The notes below the pieces were generated by a model, which saw only the letters and a list, made by a program, of their open reading frames with translations, ran no database searches and was not told the origin of the DNA. A DNA stretch of 64,000 bases from a virus (Duplodnaviria > Caudoviricetes). The DNA is taken from IMG/VR virus record IMGVR_UViG_3300021511_000006, positions 18,562-82,561 of that record. One strand, written 5' to 3'. The position numbers and the translations under genes are program-made. How positions within the stretch are numbered: position 1 is the stretch's first letter; each line of letters opens with the position of its first letter. Positions 8,870-19,821 of the stretch are shown piece by piece.

Positions 8870-10063
8870 ATGATTACACAAACAGATAGAAATATTTTAA
8901 AGGATGTTGGGAGAAAGTATTTGCTTGATATTGCTCTTGATAGTCAGATATTAAAAAATAAACTTACCTTTAAGGAGCATGTTGAATTATGTAACTCTAT
9001 TGGTAGCTTATCATATAAAGAAGTTGTAGCTCTGACTATTACAGAAGACATTAAAGAATTTGAAGGTAAGTTTCGTAAATTTCTAAAATATGGTTTTGCA
9101 GCAATTGCAGGTATGACTGCCGGAGCGGTAGCTGCCACAGGTATACTTGCCACGGCTGGAGGTGCTCTTTTGGGACCCCCTCTTGCTATGTTTGTATTAT
9201 ACATATTTAGAAAATTAACAGATACTTGCTCAAGATCATGTTTAGCTAAATTTCCAATGTCAACTCAAAGAAAGATTTGTCGTTATCAATGTCAAGTTAA
9301 CGCAGCTCGTAAAATTGTTAATGATCTTAGATCAGAAATCACAAAATGTAATCAGTTTGCAAACCCTGAAAAGTGTGAGAAAAAACTCAGAAAAGAATAT
9401 ATAAAATGGTCAAGAAGATTACAACAACAAATGGTTAAATTGAATAAAGCTAGTTTGGGTACAGAAGAAAAACTAAGAAAACAAAGACAAAAAGAATTAG
9501 CCAAAAAAGCGAAAACCCTTGCCGCAGGATATCAAGTTCCAGTATCTAAATTATTAAATATTGTTACTGAAAGTAAACAATTCAGACAAAACATCCCATT
9601 TAGACAACACTTAAAAATATATCAAGCAGTCAATTCAATCAAAGAAGAAGATGATAGTTTAGCAGTCAAACCTCCCAAGATAGATCCCAAGAAAGAGAAA
9701 TATGCAAGAAATGCATTATATCTTGGTCTTTGGGTAGTACCTATTCCCTTCTTTAATGACGTTGTAAATTATATTATAAAAAAACATAATTTTGCATGTA
9801 TTGGAAAATGTTTAAAACAAAGAAAATTTTCTAGAACATTATGTATTCATCAGTGTAGTTATTTATCAGCAAAATATGCAGTACAGATGTTAAACAAACA
9901 ATTATCAAAATGTGGCAAATCTAATAAGCCTGTTAAATGCAAAAAGAAAATTTATGATATGCTCGAAGATTGGAAACAAAGAGAGGTTGAAGCTAAGATT
10001 AAGTTTAATGCATCTATGAGATCAGAGATGCGAAAAGCAAAAGAGAGAGAAGGTAAACTATAA
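8870..10063 (+). CDS. Putative virion protein with a hydrophobic segment and two Cys-rich repeats
   Basis: Gly/Ala-rich TM-like stretch and two C-x3-C...C-x3-C...KC-x8-C modules. Confidence 0.6.
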   Translation: MITQTDRNILKDVGRKYLLDIALDSQILKNKLTFKEHVELCNSIGSLSYKEVVALTITEDIKEFEGKFRKFLKYGFAAIAGMTAGAVAATGILATAGGALLGPPLAMFVLYIFRKLTDTCSRSCLAKFPMSTQRKICRYQCQVNAARKIVNDLRSEITKCNQFANPEKCEKKLRKEYIKWSRRLQQQMVKLNKASLGTEEKLRKQRQKELAKKAKTLAAGYQVPVSKLLNIVTESKQFRQNIPFRQHLKIYQAVNSIKEEDDSLAVKPPKIDPKKEKYARNALYLGLWVVPIPFFNDVVNYIIKKHNFACIGKCLKQRKFSRTLCIHQCSYLSAKYAVQMLNKQLSKCGKSNKPVKCKKKIYDMLEDWKQREVEAKIKFNASMRSEMRKAKEREGKL

Positions 10064-10740
10064 TGTCAGATATTCAAAATTATAATCGCTTATATAGTTA
10101 TGTACATGAGTATCAAAATCTATTATATGATTATTATAGTAAACATGCGGTTAGATTTTTAGTAACATATTATAACTTAAATATTGATGAAACAATCTGG
10201 GAAGATGAAGATATTTTTGGTGGTTCATATGAGCAAACTGGAGATCTGACAGGCATAAAAAGAAATAAACTTTTACTTCTTCCTGTTTATTATCCAGAAG
10301 AAGTAACAACTTCATTTGATGCTGAGGAAATTGGTTATAATAAAAATACTGAAACTACTATTGTTATACCAAGCTCTTATGGATTTAAACCATATCCACA
10401 TGATATTATAAAATTTGAACAAGGATTTTTAAAACCTACAAATGATATATCTCCTCTATATACAGTTACTGGAGTAGAGATTCATCCAAACACTGATAAA
10501 AGATATTGGAGATTAAAATGTCAAGTATTTCAAAGTGAAACTTTATCATCTGTAGATAGTCAGGTTGTTAATACATATGCTTTTGTTGAATATGATAAAA
10601 AGATACATACTCTTTCCAATTCACAGTTTATATCTAGACTTCTATATAAAGATTCACTTTTACGACCTGTTTTAAAAGATACCCTATTTGACGATAGAGT
10701 TGGGTTTTATTTCACACCCAGAATACCACCAAATTGTTAG
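10063..10740 (+). CDS. Putative neck/head-tail or other structural protein
   Basis: Translationally coupled inside the structural operon. Neck-like function inferred from context only. Confidence 0.35.
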   Translation: MSDIQNYNRLYSYVHEYQNLLYDYYSKHAVRFLVTYYNLNIDETIWEDEDIFGGSYEQTGDLTGIKRNKLLLLPVYYPEEVTTSFDAEEIGYNKNTETTIVIPSSYGFKPYPHDIIKFEQGFLKPTNDISPLYTVTGVEIHPNTDKRYWRLKCQVFQSETLSSVDSQVVNTYAFVEYDKKIHTLSNSQFISRLLYKDSLLRPVLKDTLFDDRVGFYFTPRIPPNC

Positions 10741-10750
10741 GAGATAAAGA

Positions 10751-13237
10751 ATGGCCAATACATTATTATCGGAGCAAATATATTTATCCAGAGATTCAAT
10801 TCGTGAATTAGTTAGCAACGAAGTAAAGAATTATCTTGAACTAGAAAATGTGGATCTTGTAAAATCATCATTCCTTACTTTTTTGGTTGACACCATTTCG
10901 ACATTGACTGGTAACCTTTTATTTTATCAGCTATCAACATATCGTGAATTTTTCTTAACAAAAGCACAACTTCCAGAATCAATATTAAATCTATCTTCAT
11001 TTCTTGGGTATAATACAAAAGAAGCTATCCCTTCAACTGTAAACGTATTAATGACAATTCCATTTGGGTTTGATGATCCAATTACTCAATTTACAATACC
11101 AGAAGGTTTTAAATTTACGGCAGACGGGGATGTTGAATTTGTAACTTATTATAGTACAACTGTTGAAGTAGTAAATAATGCAAATGTAACAATTAAAGTC
11201 ATTGAGGATAATAAAAGATTTAATCTCCCTGTTGATTTATCAACTGAATCTTTTAGTTTTGTATTACCATTAACTCAAACTAAAATTATTGAACAAGAAT
11301 TTCAGATTGATACTGATATACAACAATTCCAATTTGTAACATTAGACGTTCCAATTACTGGTGAAGTCGCTGAACTACAAGTTAATATTCAAGAACCTGG
11401 AAGTTCAGGTACAACAACATGGACTGAATTTGATAGTCTATTTCTTATGGATCCGACAGATAAGGGATATGTATCAAGAAGAACAGATACAGGAAGAAAG
11501 TTAACTTTTGGTAACGGACTGGTTGGTGTACAACCAGTTGGAGGGTCTACTGTTTATGTAACAACTCTAACAACAGATGGCGTTGAAGGTAATGTTATTG
11601 GAGGTTCAATTAGAGAAGGAGATAGAATTTATCTAACGACTTTAGCAGGTGTTACCCAAATTGTTGAATACGAAGTAATTAATGCCTCATCTGCATATGG
11701 TGGTCAGGATGAAGAATCATTAGAAGAAATCAGGAGAAATTCAATTGCAGCAATTAGATCATTAGAACGTTTAGTTACAGAAGGTGACTATAAAGATATT
11801 AATGTCGTTGTTCCTGATGTTCCATTTGCTCAAAACTCACTACCTGTTCTTAAACGATCTGATTTGCAGGTCAATGAGATTGAACTTTTTAGCGCCTTAT
11901 TATTTGGGACTGGAACAACAGAAATTGAAAATTTGGTTCCCACAAGAAACGCTGTATTTACTGTACCACAGGGGACTACAAGATTATTTAGAAATGAAAT
12001 TATAACTATTGGGGACAGTGATTATTATAATATATTTGAGATAGATATTGATACACACAATACAGTTGGTATATATGAATATATTATTTTAGCAATAGAT
12101 ATTCTTCCTGCATTAGAAACAAGTTTTACATCAACATATGATATTTATTCTGATTTATTAGAAGTTGAAAGAACAGGTACTCAAGGTATATTTAAACTTC
12201 ATTATAAATCTACAGAATCTGATTCTGAATTAACAACATGTGAAATGGTTATTCAGTCAAGCGGCTCAACAAGAATTATGACTAATGATTCAACAGCAGG
12301 TTATTTTACTTATACATTTGATCCTTATACTAATATCCCAGCGGGTGAACAAACATATGAGTTTACAATAAGAGATCCAAGTAATGCTGAAGTTGCATTA
12401 TATTCTAATAAAGTTACATTCAGGGCAGACTTAAGCACATTTATGAGATCAAATGTTGCTATTGATTCAACCAATATTATTGTATATGATGTTCCTGTTA
12501 TAGAAAAAGAATATTATGATGGTATTAATCAGAAAACATTTGAATCTCAAGTACTTCAAGAATTAACTAGTGCTGCAGATTTGTCTGATCGTAGAATGCT
12601 AACTGACTTTTCAAATATAAAGTTTACAAATACGTTTGGTGTGTTGAATACAATGCTTCTCAATCAGCCTACGATTTCATCCGTTATTGATATTGTCCCA
12701 ACTGAACCTACGTTGTGTGATGTTGGAGATAGATATATTCTGGATCTGTATCCAAATAGGCATTTAGAACATCAAGATAATATTATTAGATGCACAGACG
12801 CTACAGCATTAACGTTTGCTTACGAAGAAGCTGTTTCTGATGCAATTGTGTATGTTGAAAATAAAGGAATAAATTATATCTATTCAGTAAAAGGATGGAT
12901 TCCATTACCTCTTTATCAAATCCCTCTTGAAATTGAAATTGAAGTATTTAGAGATATATCGTTTAGTGGTACTTTAACATCATTACAGGATACTGTTAGA
13001 ACATCTATCATAGATGCATTTAAGGATAGATTTGGTACTGGTGCTGAAGTATATAGATCAGAAATTATTGATGTTGTTCAAGAAATTGATGGTATAAGTC
13101 ATTGTAGTTTAAGAAAACCAGAAACAAGTATATTCTTTAATTTTGAATTGAAAGAGTTAACTGAAGATCAATTATTAGAGTATGGCCCAGAATACGTTTA
13201 CTTTAATGAAGATAATATTACAGTTAGGGTGGTATAA
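10751..13237 (+). CDS. Baseplate wedge protein (T4 gp6 / baseplate J-like)
   Basis: FLTKAQLPESILNLSSFLGYN, LTFGNG..G..P, GGQDEESLEEIRRN, RLVTEGDY gp6 motifs. Confidence 0.85.
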   Translation: MANTLLSEQIYLSRDSIRELVSNEVKNYLELENVDLVKSSFLTFLVDTISTLTGNLLFYQLSTYREFFLTKAQLPESILNLSSFLGYNTKEAIPSTVNVLMTIPFGFDDPITQFTIPEGFKFTADGDVEFVTYYSTTVEVVNNANVTIKVIEDNKRFNLPVDLSTESFSFVLPLTQTKIIEQEFQIDTDIQQFQFVTLDVPITGEVAELQVNIQEPGSSGTTTWTEFDSLFLMDPTDKGYVSRRTDTGRKLTFGNGLVGVQPVGGSTVYVTTLTTDGVEGNVIGGSIREGDRIYLTTLAGVTQIVEYEVINASSAYGGQDEESLEEIRRNSIAAIRSLERLVTEGDYKDINVVVPDVPFAQNSLPVLKRSDLQVNEIELFSALLFGTGTTEIENLVPTRNAVFTVPQGTTRLFRNEIITIGDSDYYNIFEIDIDTHNTVGIYEYIILAIDILPALETSFTSTYDIYSDLLEVERTGTQGIFKLHYKSTESDSELTTCEMVIQSSGSTRIMTNDSTAGYFTYTFDPYTNIPAGEQTYEFTIRDPSNAEVALYSNKVTFRADLSTFMRSNVAIDSTNIIVYDVPVIEKEYYDGINQKTFESQVLQELTSAADLSDRRMLTDFSNIKFTNTFGVLNTMLLNQPTISSVIDIVPTEPTLCDVGDRYILDLYPNRHLEHQDNIIRCTDATALTFAYEEAVSDAIVYVENKGINYIYSVKGWIPLPLYQIPLEIEIEVFRDISFSGTLTSLQDTVRTSIIDAFKDRFGTGAEVYRSEIIDVVQEIDGISHCSLRKPETSIFFNFELKELTEDQLLEYGPEYVYFNEDNITVRVV

Positions 13238-13239
13238 TT

Positions 13240-14349
13240 ATGGAGCAGTTACTTGCAAAAGCAAATATTAATGATGCCAGATTAAAAAGTCATTTAACAA
13301 GAGTTGTGGCTAAGAATTTGGGAGCTTTATCTGCACCGTGTTATTATCCCGAAGTTAAAAAGAATTTTTATGAATTTTTAAAGCTAACAGGACTTACAGA
13401 AAAAGATATAAAGGAATTTGCAAAAAGACGCTGGAAGGGAAGAAAAGAATCTAAATTTGCAACTCAAAGTAATGCAATTGCTAATTTTAATGTATTCTTA
13501 CTTCAATACTTTCTAAAGAAGAAAGATAAAACAGCGTATAAATATATGATGATTTTTTTCATCATAAGGCATTATGCAAACTTGATGCACAAAACATTTA
13601 AGTATTGTAACGATGAAACATTTAAATATGCTCTGGAAGTCTTAACAAAAACCCACCTATTTGCAAGAGAGAAAACAATCTCTAATGCTCTTTTTTATAT
13701 TGCAAGTGAAATGGTAAGACGTTGGTCGAGAGGTTTACGAACTGGCGATTTAGATGCAATATCAAGATTTATGCAAGATAGTAGAACTAGAGTTTCTCAA
13801 AGTATGAAGAGTTTTGCGCAAACATATTATAAAGCAGCAGAAGAAGGATCAGCATTGAGAAGTGAAGAAGAACCATCAGAAGAAGAGAATGTATATCAGA
13901 TTAAAGCAGCGAGTAAGGGAATTCAATTAGCTGATGAAATAACTAAAAAAATAACTGTGTATAGATTTAGTGATTATAAATCACAAGAGACTGCCCGTAA
14001 TCTTGCAAAAATTAATTCTTCTCTTGCAACACAGATAGTATCTAAATTAAATAACACAAAACATTCGGACAATTTAAGAATTATTTTTAGATTATTTTTA
14101 AAAGATTTAAAAGATGCACAATCATTATGCGGAAAGAAATATGAAGTATATATTAGACAACTAATGTCTATAAAAAGAACGAAAATGAAAATCTATTTTA
14201 AACAACAAGTTAATGTTTTGCTTATAAAAATTTTAGACGAAATAGATTACAAATTAAAATATGACAAACTCACATCACAAACTCAATTCCTTATTAATTT
14301 ATATCTCGCCTATTATTTAACTATGGTATTGAAAAATACTGTATGTTAA
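13240..14349 (+). CDS. Hypothetical protein (369 aa, basic, helical)
   Basis: Long ORF ending the + strand operon. No recognised motif. Confidence 0.6.
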   Translation: MEQLLAKANINDARLKSHLTRVVAKNLGALSAPCYYPEVKKNFYEFLKLTGLTEKDIKEFAKRRWKGRKESKFATQSNAIANFNVFLLQYFLKKKDKTAYKYMMIFFIIRHYANLMHKTFKYCNDETFKYALEVLTKTHLFAREKTISNALFYIASEMVRRWSRGLRTGDLDAISRFMQDSRTRVSQSMKSFAQTYYKAAEEGSALRSEEEPSEEENVYQIKAASKGIQLADEITKKITVYRFSDYKSQETARNLAKINSSLATQIVSKLNNTKHSDNLRIIFRLFLKDLKDAQSLCGKKYEVYIRQLMSIKRTKMKIYFKQQVNVLLIKILDEIDYKLKYDKLTSQTQFLINLYLAYYLTMVLKNTVC

Positions 14350-15605
14350 AGATGCGGAATAAAACTAGCATCAGTATCAGTTACTAGATCGTTCTGTGTT
14401 TGAAATGCGTCATGAGGTACTCTATTTTGTTCGCTTGCAGCGACTACTTTGGGTGCTTGTCTTTGTTTGGCTGCTGCATTTTTAACTGAGTGTATTAATT
14501 CTTCTATAGATGGTTGATGTACTCGTGTTGTTAAAAGGTTTATACCAGCTCTATCTCCAACAACTTGATTTATTTTATTTCTTTTTGTATATAATGCAGC
14601 ATCTGATTCTGTAAGAGATTTTATATAATTTCTTACAGTTGGTCTATTTGTGAATGTATTTTTTCCTTCTTCAACAAGCATACTATTATATAAACTTGAA
14701 AAATCAAGTCTCACATCTACTATACCAAGATTTTGATTATATGCAATTTGTTGTTGGTCTCCACCTTTAATCACAGTAATATTTGTAATGACAGCTGGAT
14801 TTAAATTATAAATTCCAGTAGATTTTATTTTATGAAAAAATGGCCAATTATATGTTTTACCATCATCTGATCTTGGAACAGCTAAGCATAAGAGTACAGC
14901 AAGAGGACCAGCTATATGTTCTTCAGTTGATGCTTTATTTCCTGGATTTGGATTATATAATCTAATGGTTGCAGTATATGATGGAGTGAATCCACTATTT
15001 ACCCAAACTTGCGGAAAGTCAACTCTTTGACCAGCCACCATTTTACTAATTAGAGCTGCTCCACCTCCCATAAGTTTACTTAGTCCAGAGGCTTCTCCAG
15101 ATTGCATTCTTTTAATTAATTTATCAAGACCTGCAGCTGTTGATTGTGCTGCACTACCAGCTCCCGACATCAAACCTCCAGCAGCGCCTCCCATTTCTCC
15201 ACCAATATCTGTCATAAGTTTTCCAAATTTACCTGCAGCTTCTATTCCTGTATCTGCTCCTGCCATTTGTGCTAATTGTGACATACCTTGTGAAGCAACA
15301 TCTGTAAACTTTTGAAGATATGTTTCAGTATAATTATTTGTAAATGAATCTGTTGGAAAGTTATCAGCTAAGAAAGCGCATTTAATTGGTACTTGAGTTG
15401 CAAATCCGTGATTCCCCAATATTTTTAAATATGTATCCGGAACTTCATCAAGTCTGAATAAGTTTAGTCCGCTTTCATAATGGGGTTTACATGGTACTAT
15501 TTCAAGAATAGGCATACTATTTACAACCATTTCATCGCTTATCCATGTAGATGGAGGAAGTCCAAATACTCCATTAAAAGGGTTTAATTGTTTTATATTA
15601 GCCAT
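14346..15605 (-). CDS. Putative baseplate-tail tube junction / tube initiator (gp48/gp54-like)
   Basis: FPQVWVNSGFTPSYTATIRLYNP..PAVITNITV..VDVRLDF pattern. Directly downstream of the tape measure gene. Confidence 0.45.
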   Translation of the reverse strand: MANIKQLNPFNGVFGLPPSTWISDEMVVNSMPILEIVPCKPHYESGLNLFRLDEVPDTYLKILGNHGFATQVPIKCAFLADNFPTDSFTNNYTETYLQKFTDVASQGMSQLAQMAGADTGIEAAGKFGKLMTDIGGEMGGAAGGLMSGAGSAAQSTAAGLDKLIKRMQSGEASGLSKLMGGGAALISKMVAGQRVDFPQVWVNSGFTPSYTATIRLYNPNPGNKASTEEHIAGPLAVLLCLAVPRSDDGKTYNWPFFHKIKSTGIYNLNPAVITNITVIKGGDQQQIAYNQNLGIVDVRLDFSSLYNSMLVEEGKNTFTNRPTVRNYIKSLTESDAALYTKRNKINQVVGDRAGINLLTTRVHQPSIEELIHSVKNAAAKQRQAPKVVAASEQNRVPHDAFQTQNDLVTDTDASFIPHL

Positions 15606-15617
15606 TATTATATCTCC

Positions 15618-18600
15618 TTACCTTATATTACATCTAGTTACATCTTGTGCGAATCCATGTCCAGAACTAAATGGGCCCGCGCCGCCACCACCACCAGAGG
15701 AAGTGGACATTTGATTGCTATTCGATGAAGCTACTACATTTGTGTTCATCATTATAGCAGCTGTAGTTTGTTTACTTCCTGTATCTACTTTTTCACCCAG
15801 TTGTTTAGAAAGTTCATTATAACCTCTTTTTCTTGATTCTTGATCTAAAGCAAACCTTTTTGTTTCAGTATCCATATAGTTTTCAAGTGCGTTATTTCTT
15901 CTAGTACTCACACTCTGAACTACGGATGAAGGATCAAATCCTTTTGGTACTGGTACTGGTTTAGGTACTGTACTTGCTGGTTCATTTAAAGCAGATTCTA
16001 ATTTACTTGCTAAAGTTCCTTCATGAATATCTTTAACCGTGCTCATAACTTTCTTAAAAATAGCACCAATTATTGGAAGGTTAGATACTTTTTCAATAAA
16101 TTTGTCTTTTAGATATGTATATGCTTTTTTCATACCAACTATTGGGAACATCATATTGTAAAGAACTACTTTTACAGTTTTTGATATTTTATCCAATAGA
16201 TCACTACCAAACATATTTTTTAGTTTTTTACCAATCCATACGAATGGCATTTTGATATATCCAAAAATAGTGGCCATAGTACCTCCAATCCATTTCATTG
16301 CTGATTGTACAAGACCAGGTTTTTCCCACCATGTTTTAAAACTTTCCCATACTTTTCCAAGAGTCATTTTAAAACCCCATTTCATTAATACCCATGCACT
16401 TTTTAAGCCTTCTTTTAACATTTTATATGGGAAGATAACAATATTCCATACACCTTTTACCATATCTTTTATAGCACCAAAAGTTTTGGACATACCTTCA
16501 GATATTTTCTTTCCACCAACGAAACCGAGAATACCCCCTGCTGCTGCTCCAATACCACCACCTATTAATGTACCAATACCTGGAACAATAGATCCAATTG
16601 CTGCTCCAAGAGCACCACCTTTCATGGCTCCATGTGTGGCACCAGCAAAACCGGTGTCTGAACCTCCAAGAAATCCAGCTAGTCCTCTAGTTAAAATACT
16701 TCCTGCAAAACCTTCTGGATCTCTCATTGCTGAAAATGCATCCCACGCTCCCATTGCACCACCAACTAAAAGACCAGCTCCTGCTCCTGCAAGTTTTCCT
16801 CCAAACTTAAGAACCTTTCCTCCGACACCAAGAGCTCGTCCAGCAAGTCCTTTTTTTGCAGCTCCAGTAGCTGCTTTTCCTGCCACCCCTTTAGCTGCTG
16901 CTTTTCCTGCTGCTCCTTTAGCTGCTCGTCCTGCTGCCATTGTTCCAAGTTTCTTTAATCCTAAAAATTGTAGAACGGGTGCTAGAAATCCCAAAAATTT
17001 ATTAATGACACGACCCATCATATTTTGAAGGAATCCTAAAGCAAGGACTATCATATCCCAAGTTTTGCTTCCTAATTTTCTTAGTCTTCTTCGAACTCCT
17101 TTTGTCTCTGAAAGATGTTCTTTTGCAAATTTATTACCTTTCTTTCCAAGATCTTCAAACTTCGCATCAGATTTCTTTCCTTCCTTAAGATCTTTTTCAG
17201 CCATCTCAGCAGTCTTTGAAATATTTTCTGCCATACTTGGAGAATGAGGACCTTCTCTTTCTTCTTGATCTTCTTTAAGTTTGCGTATTTTTTCTAGTTC
17301 AGATACTACAGTATCTTTACCTTGTTCATATTTTGATCTAGCCCATTCCTTTGTTGCACCCCATTTTTCTGTAGCTTCTTGAGGTACGCCCATGCTGCTT
17401 ACGACTCTACCAGGATGTGCAAAACCCCCAAATCCTGTGATACCAGCTTTAGCCATAGACCCTTTATCAAGTTCAAGTTTTTCAACCATTCTATCAAACA
17501 TTTTTTCAGAGAATGATTTTTGTTCCTCTATACCTTTTTCTCCAGTTAAGGCTTCTCGTATTTTATCGAACATTGTATATGTGACTTGTTTTGAAGGTGT
17601 AATTTCCTCACCAACAAGGGCTTCTGCTGCTGCCTTTGTATAGATTATAAGATCATCAATCTTTGGCATTAAGGTTGTATATGTCATTCCTAGTATATTT
17701 GATATTTTTAAAAAGACATTATGTGTTTGTGTTGCGCCCCTAACATCTCCAGCATAACCGCCTCTAACACCAAATAAAAATTTAATTGGGCTAACTATAG
17801 CTGACTTCATAATATCAGAAAATAGAAGCATATTTCTAAATGCTGGATGTTGAATAAGAGTTCTTTGCCATGCAATTCTCATACGAGAAGTCATACCAAT
17901 TAATCCAACTTTTAGTTCAAGAATGGCTCTTAATAATCTTTTTTGATGACCTTCTTGTTTTGTATCTCGAACATTTTGAAATTCTTTTATAAATGTTTGA
18001 ACTATGCTTCCCTGTTGTTCATCTCTTTCTACAACAACAGTTTCTAATTTTACTAAATTTTGAGACATTAATGATAATGTCTTATCTAGTTTCTTTGATA
18101 TATCTGCAGATTTTGCTTCATCAATTTGTTTAAGGAGTTTATCAATTGGAGTAACAACTTCTGCTGCATGAACTTCAACCATTCCTCCTTGTTTAATATA
18201 ACCACCTTCTTGTAGTTTTGGGGCCGCTCCTTCAATAGTCTGTTGAAGCTTTTCTAGATCTGATACTGTTGCTGGTTCTCTTTCCCTTTCTTCTTTTACT
18301 ATATCTTTCCCTTTTTTGAATATGTTAGCAATCCCATGACCAGCTTTTGATAATCCTTCAGACATTGCTGATCCGACTTTATCTTTAATTTTTCTGGCTG
18401 CACCTTGAAAAACATCAGTTTCCATAAATTTTGCAGCGAAGTAACCAAAGAGAGGAGTTGCTCTGGAAAGGGCCATAGCAATAGTGTTAGTTTTATTTAT
18501 ACTAATATCTTCACTAATTGCTTTACCGTATTGACTAATAGCCTGTGTAGTTGCTTTTCCCGTATCAACTGTAATAGTTTTAACACCTGTTGCTAGGGAA

Positions 18601-18884
18601 TTGATTGTGCGGCCCAACCCTTTTAAGACAGTGTTATATCCTTGAGCTGTTTCACTTGTAAAGTCTCCACGTTCCATCTCTAGTTGTGCCGTCATTTTTT
18701 GTTGCTGTTTTGTTAATGCATCAACCTCAGTTGAAATTTGAAGTCTTTTTCTATTTTGCTCTTGGGTTAGATCATCAACAGATCGGTGGAGACTACTAAT
18801 TCTACGAGCTCTATCAGCAGCCATGTCACTAGCACCTTGATTCAATAGATCTGTACCAGGTAAAGTTTTTTCATCCTCTGGCAT
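15618..18884 (-). CDS. Tail tape measure protein
   Basis: 1088 aa with coiled-coil N-terminus, Gly/Ala-rich TM-like region (GAALGAAIGSIVPGIGTLIGGGIG) and periodic W/F amphipathic repeats. Confidence 0.75.
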   Translation of the reverse strand: MPEDEKTLPGTDLLNQGASDMAADRARRISSLHRSVDDLTQEQNRKRLQISTEVDALTKQQQKMTAQLEMERGDFTSETAQGYNTVLKGLGRTINSLATGVKTITVDTGKATTQAISQYGKAISEDISINKTNTIAMALSRATPLFGYFAAKFMETDVFQGAARKIKDKVGSAMSEGLSKAGHGIANIFKKGKDIVKEEREREPATVSDLEKLQQTIEGAAPKLQEGGYIKQGGMVEVHAAEVVTPIDKLLKQIDEAKSADISKKLDKTLSLMSQNLVKLETVVVERDEQQGSIVQTFIKEFQNVRDTKQEGHQKRLLRAILELKVGLIGMTSRMRIAWQRTLIQHPAFRNMLLFSDIMKSAIVSPIKFLFGVRGGYAGDVRGATQTHNVFLKISNILGMTYTTLMPKIDDLIIYTKAAAEALVGEEITPSKQVTYTMFDKIREALTGEKGIEEQKSFSEKMFDRMVEKLELDKGSMAKAGITGFGGFAHPGRVVSSMGVPQEATEKWGATKEWARSKYEQGKDTVVSELEKIRKLKEDQEEREGPHSPSMAENISKTAEMAEKDLKEGKKSDAKFEDLGKKGNKFAKEHLSETKGVRRRLRKLGSKTWDMIVLALGFLQNMMGRVINKFLGFLAPVLQFLGLKKLGTMAAGRAAKGAAGKAAAKGVAGKAATGAAKKGLAGRALGVGGKVLKFGGKLAGAGAGLLVGGAMGAWDAFSAMRDPEGFAGSILTRGLAGFLGGSDTGFAGATHGAMKGGALGAAIGSIVPGIGTLIGGGIGAAAGGILGFVGGKKISEGMSKTFGAIKDMVKGVWNIVIFPYKMLKEGLKSAWVLMKWGFKMTLGKVWESFKTWWEKPGLVQSAMKWIGGTMATIFGYIKMPFVWIGKKLKNMFGSDLLDKISKTVKVVLYNMMFPIVGMKKAYTYLKDKFIEKVSNLPIIGAIFKKVMSTVKDIHEGTLASKLESALNEPASTVPKPVPVPKGFDPSSVVQSVSTRRNNALENYMDTETKRFALDQESRKRGYNELSKQLGEKVDTGSKQTTAAIMMNTNVVASSNSNQMSTSSGGGGGAGPFSSGHGFAQDVTRCNIR

Positions 18885-18897
18885 GTTTTAAATCTCC

Positions 18898-19809
18898 TTA
18901 CAGTTTGTTAACCATCTTATATACTTTTTGACTTGGGCGTTTGACTAATGCTGGTAATGAAATTACCTCGGATGGTGCATATAATTCTTGATAACATAAT
19001 TCCTTAATATGTTTTACATTTATCCCAAACGTCGTTTTATATGCTGTATATAATGGAGTAACAATGTGTCTATTAGCATAAGCGGCTTTGACAATCAAAG
19101 ATGGTACTCCGCTTGCCATTGCTTTAAATATAATTTTAATAAGAACAATATACTCAGTAACTAATTTTTTTAATTTCTCAGGAGGTAATGTAGATATATC
19201 ACCAAATGTTTCTAATAACATTTTATGATATTCAATTAATACTTTATTAGATGGAATATTTCTTTCTGTATTATTATAAATAAAATTAATTATTCTTTGA
19301 GCTCTTTTATCATCAAGACCATTTCGTTGAATCATAAAAAGCTGTGACCAATAATTTTTATAATATGAAGTTAGTTCTTGCTTAAATGTTGATAAAAATT
19401 GTCTTGGAAATTTATAAGAAGTCTTGTGTATCAGTTCATGTAAAGTTGTAATTGATAATTCATTATTAGATGCAAACCCAAAAATATTTGACTCATTCTC
19501 AACGAATACAAGAATATATTTTCCTAAAGTTTGTCCTGCAAATCCTTTAAATTCAGGAGGTTGTTTCTTTAGAATACTTTTAAGAACTCTATCTGTTAGA
19601 TAACAAGGAATAAATTCTCCTTTGGTTATTAATTTAACCATTGTTGGTACAATAGGAGCTACCCGTGAAGATTTCATCATTGCTTTTATAAAATTTTGTT
19701 TTAACACAGAAGATGTATATATTTTGACTCCCCCATAATTCATTACAAGTTGAAGGGTTCCTCTTGGGGCAGCAAATAACTCAGTAATTTGCGCAATTTG
19801 ATCTTCCAT
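18898..19809 (-). CDS. Hypothetical protein with HEXXH zinc-metallopeptidase-like motif
   Basis: TTLHELIHK, with a candidate third ligand in CYQELY. Confidence 0.45.
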   Translation of the reverse strand: MEDQIAQITELFAAPRGTLQLVMNYGGVKIYTSSVLKQNFIKAMMKSSRVAPIVPTMVKLITKGEFIPCYLTDRVLKSILKKQPPEFKGFAGQTLGKYILVFVENESNIFGFASNNELSITTLHELIHKTSYKFPRQFLSTFKQELTSYYKNYWSQLFMIQRNGLDDKRAQRIINFIYNNTERNIPSNKVLIEYHKMLLETFGDISTLPPEKLKKLVTEYIVLIKIIFKAMASGVPSLIVKAAYANRHIVTPLYTAYKTTFGINVKHIKELCYQELYAPSEVISLPALVKRPSQKVYKMVNKL

Positions 19810-19821
19810 CTAATCTTCTCC

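Noticed and set aside
14346-14349. Convergent genes whose stop codons overlap on a TTAA palindrome, without a terminator
   Set aside because: Common compact arrangement in phage genomes, with no further structure to support a regulatory role.
16252-17643. Long + strand ORFs (16252-17028, 17065-17247, 17392-17643) with P/A-rich translations
   Set aside because: Antisense shadows of the Gly/Ala-rich tape measure gene. No SD and no plausible product.
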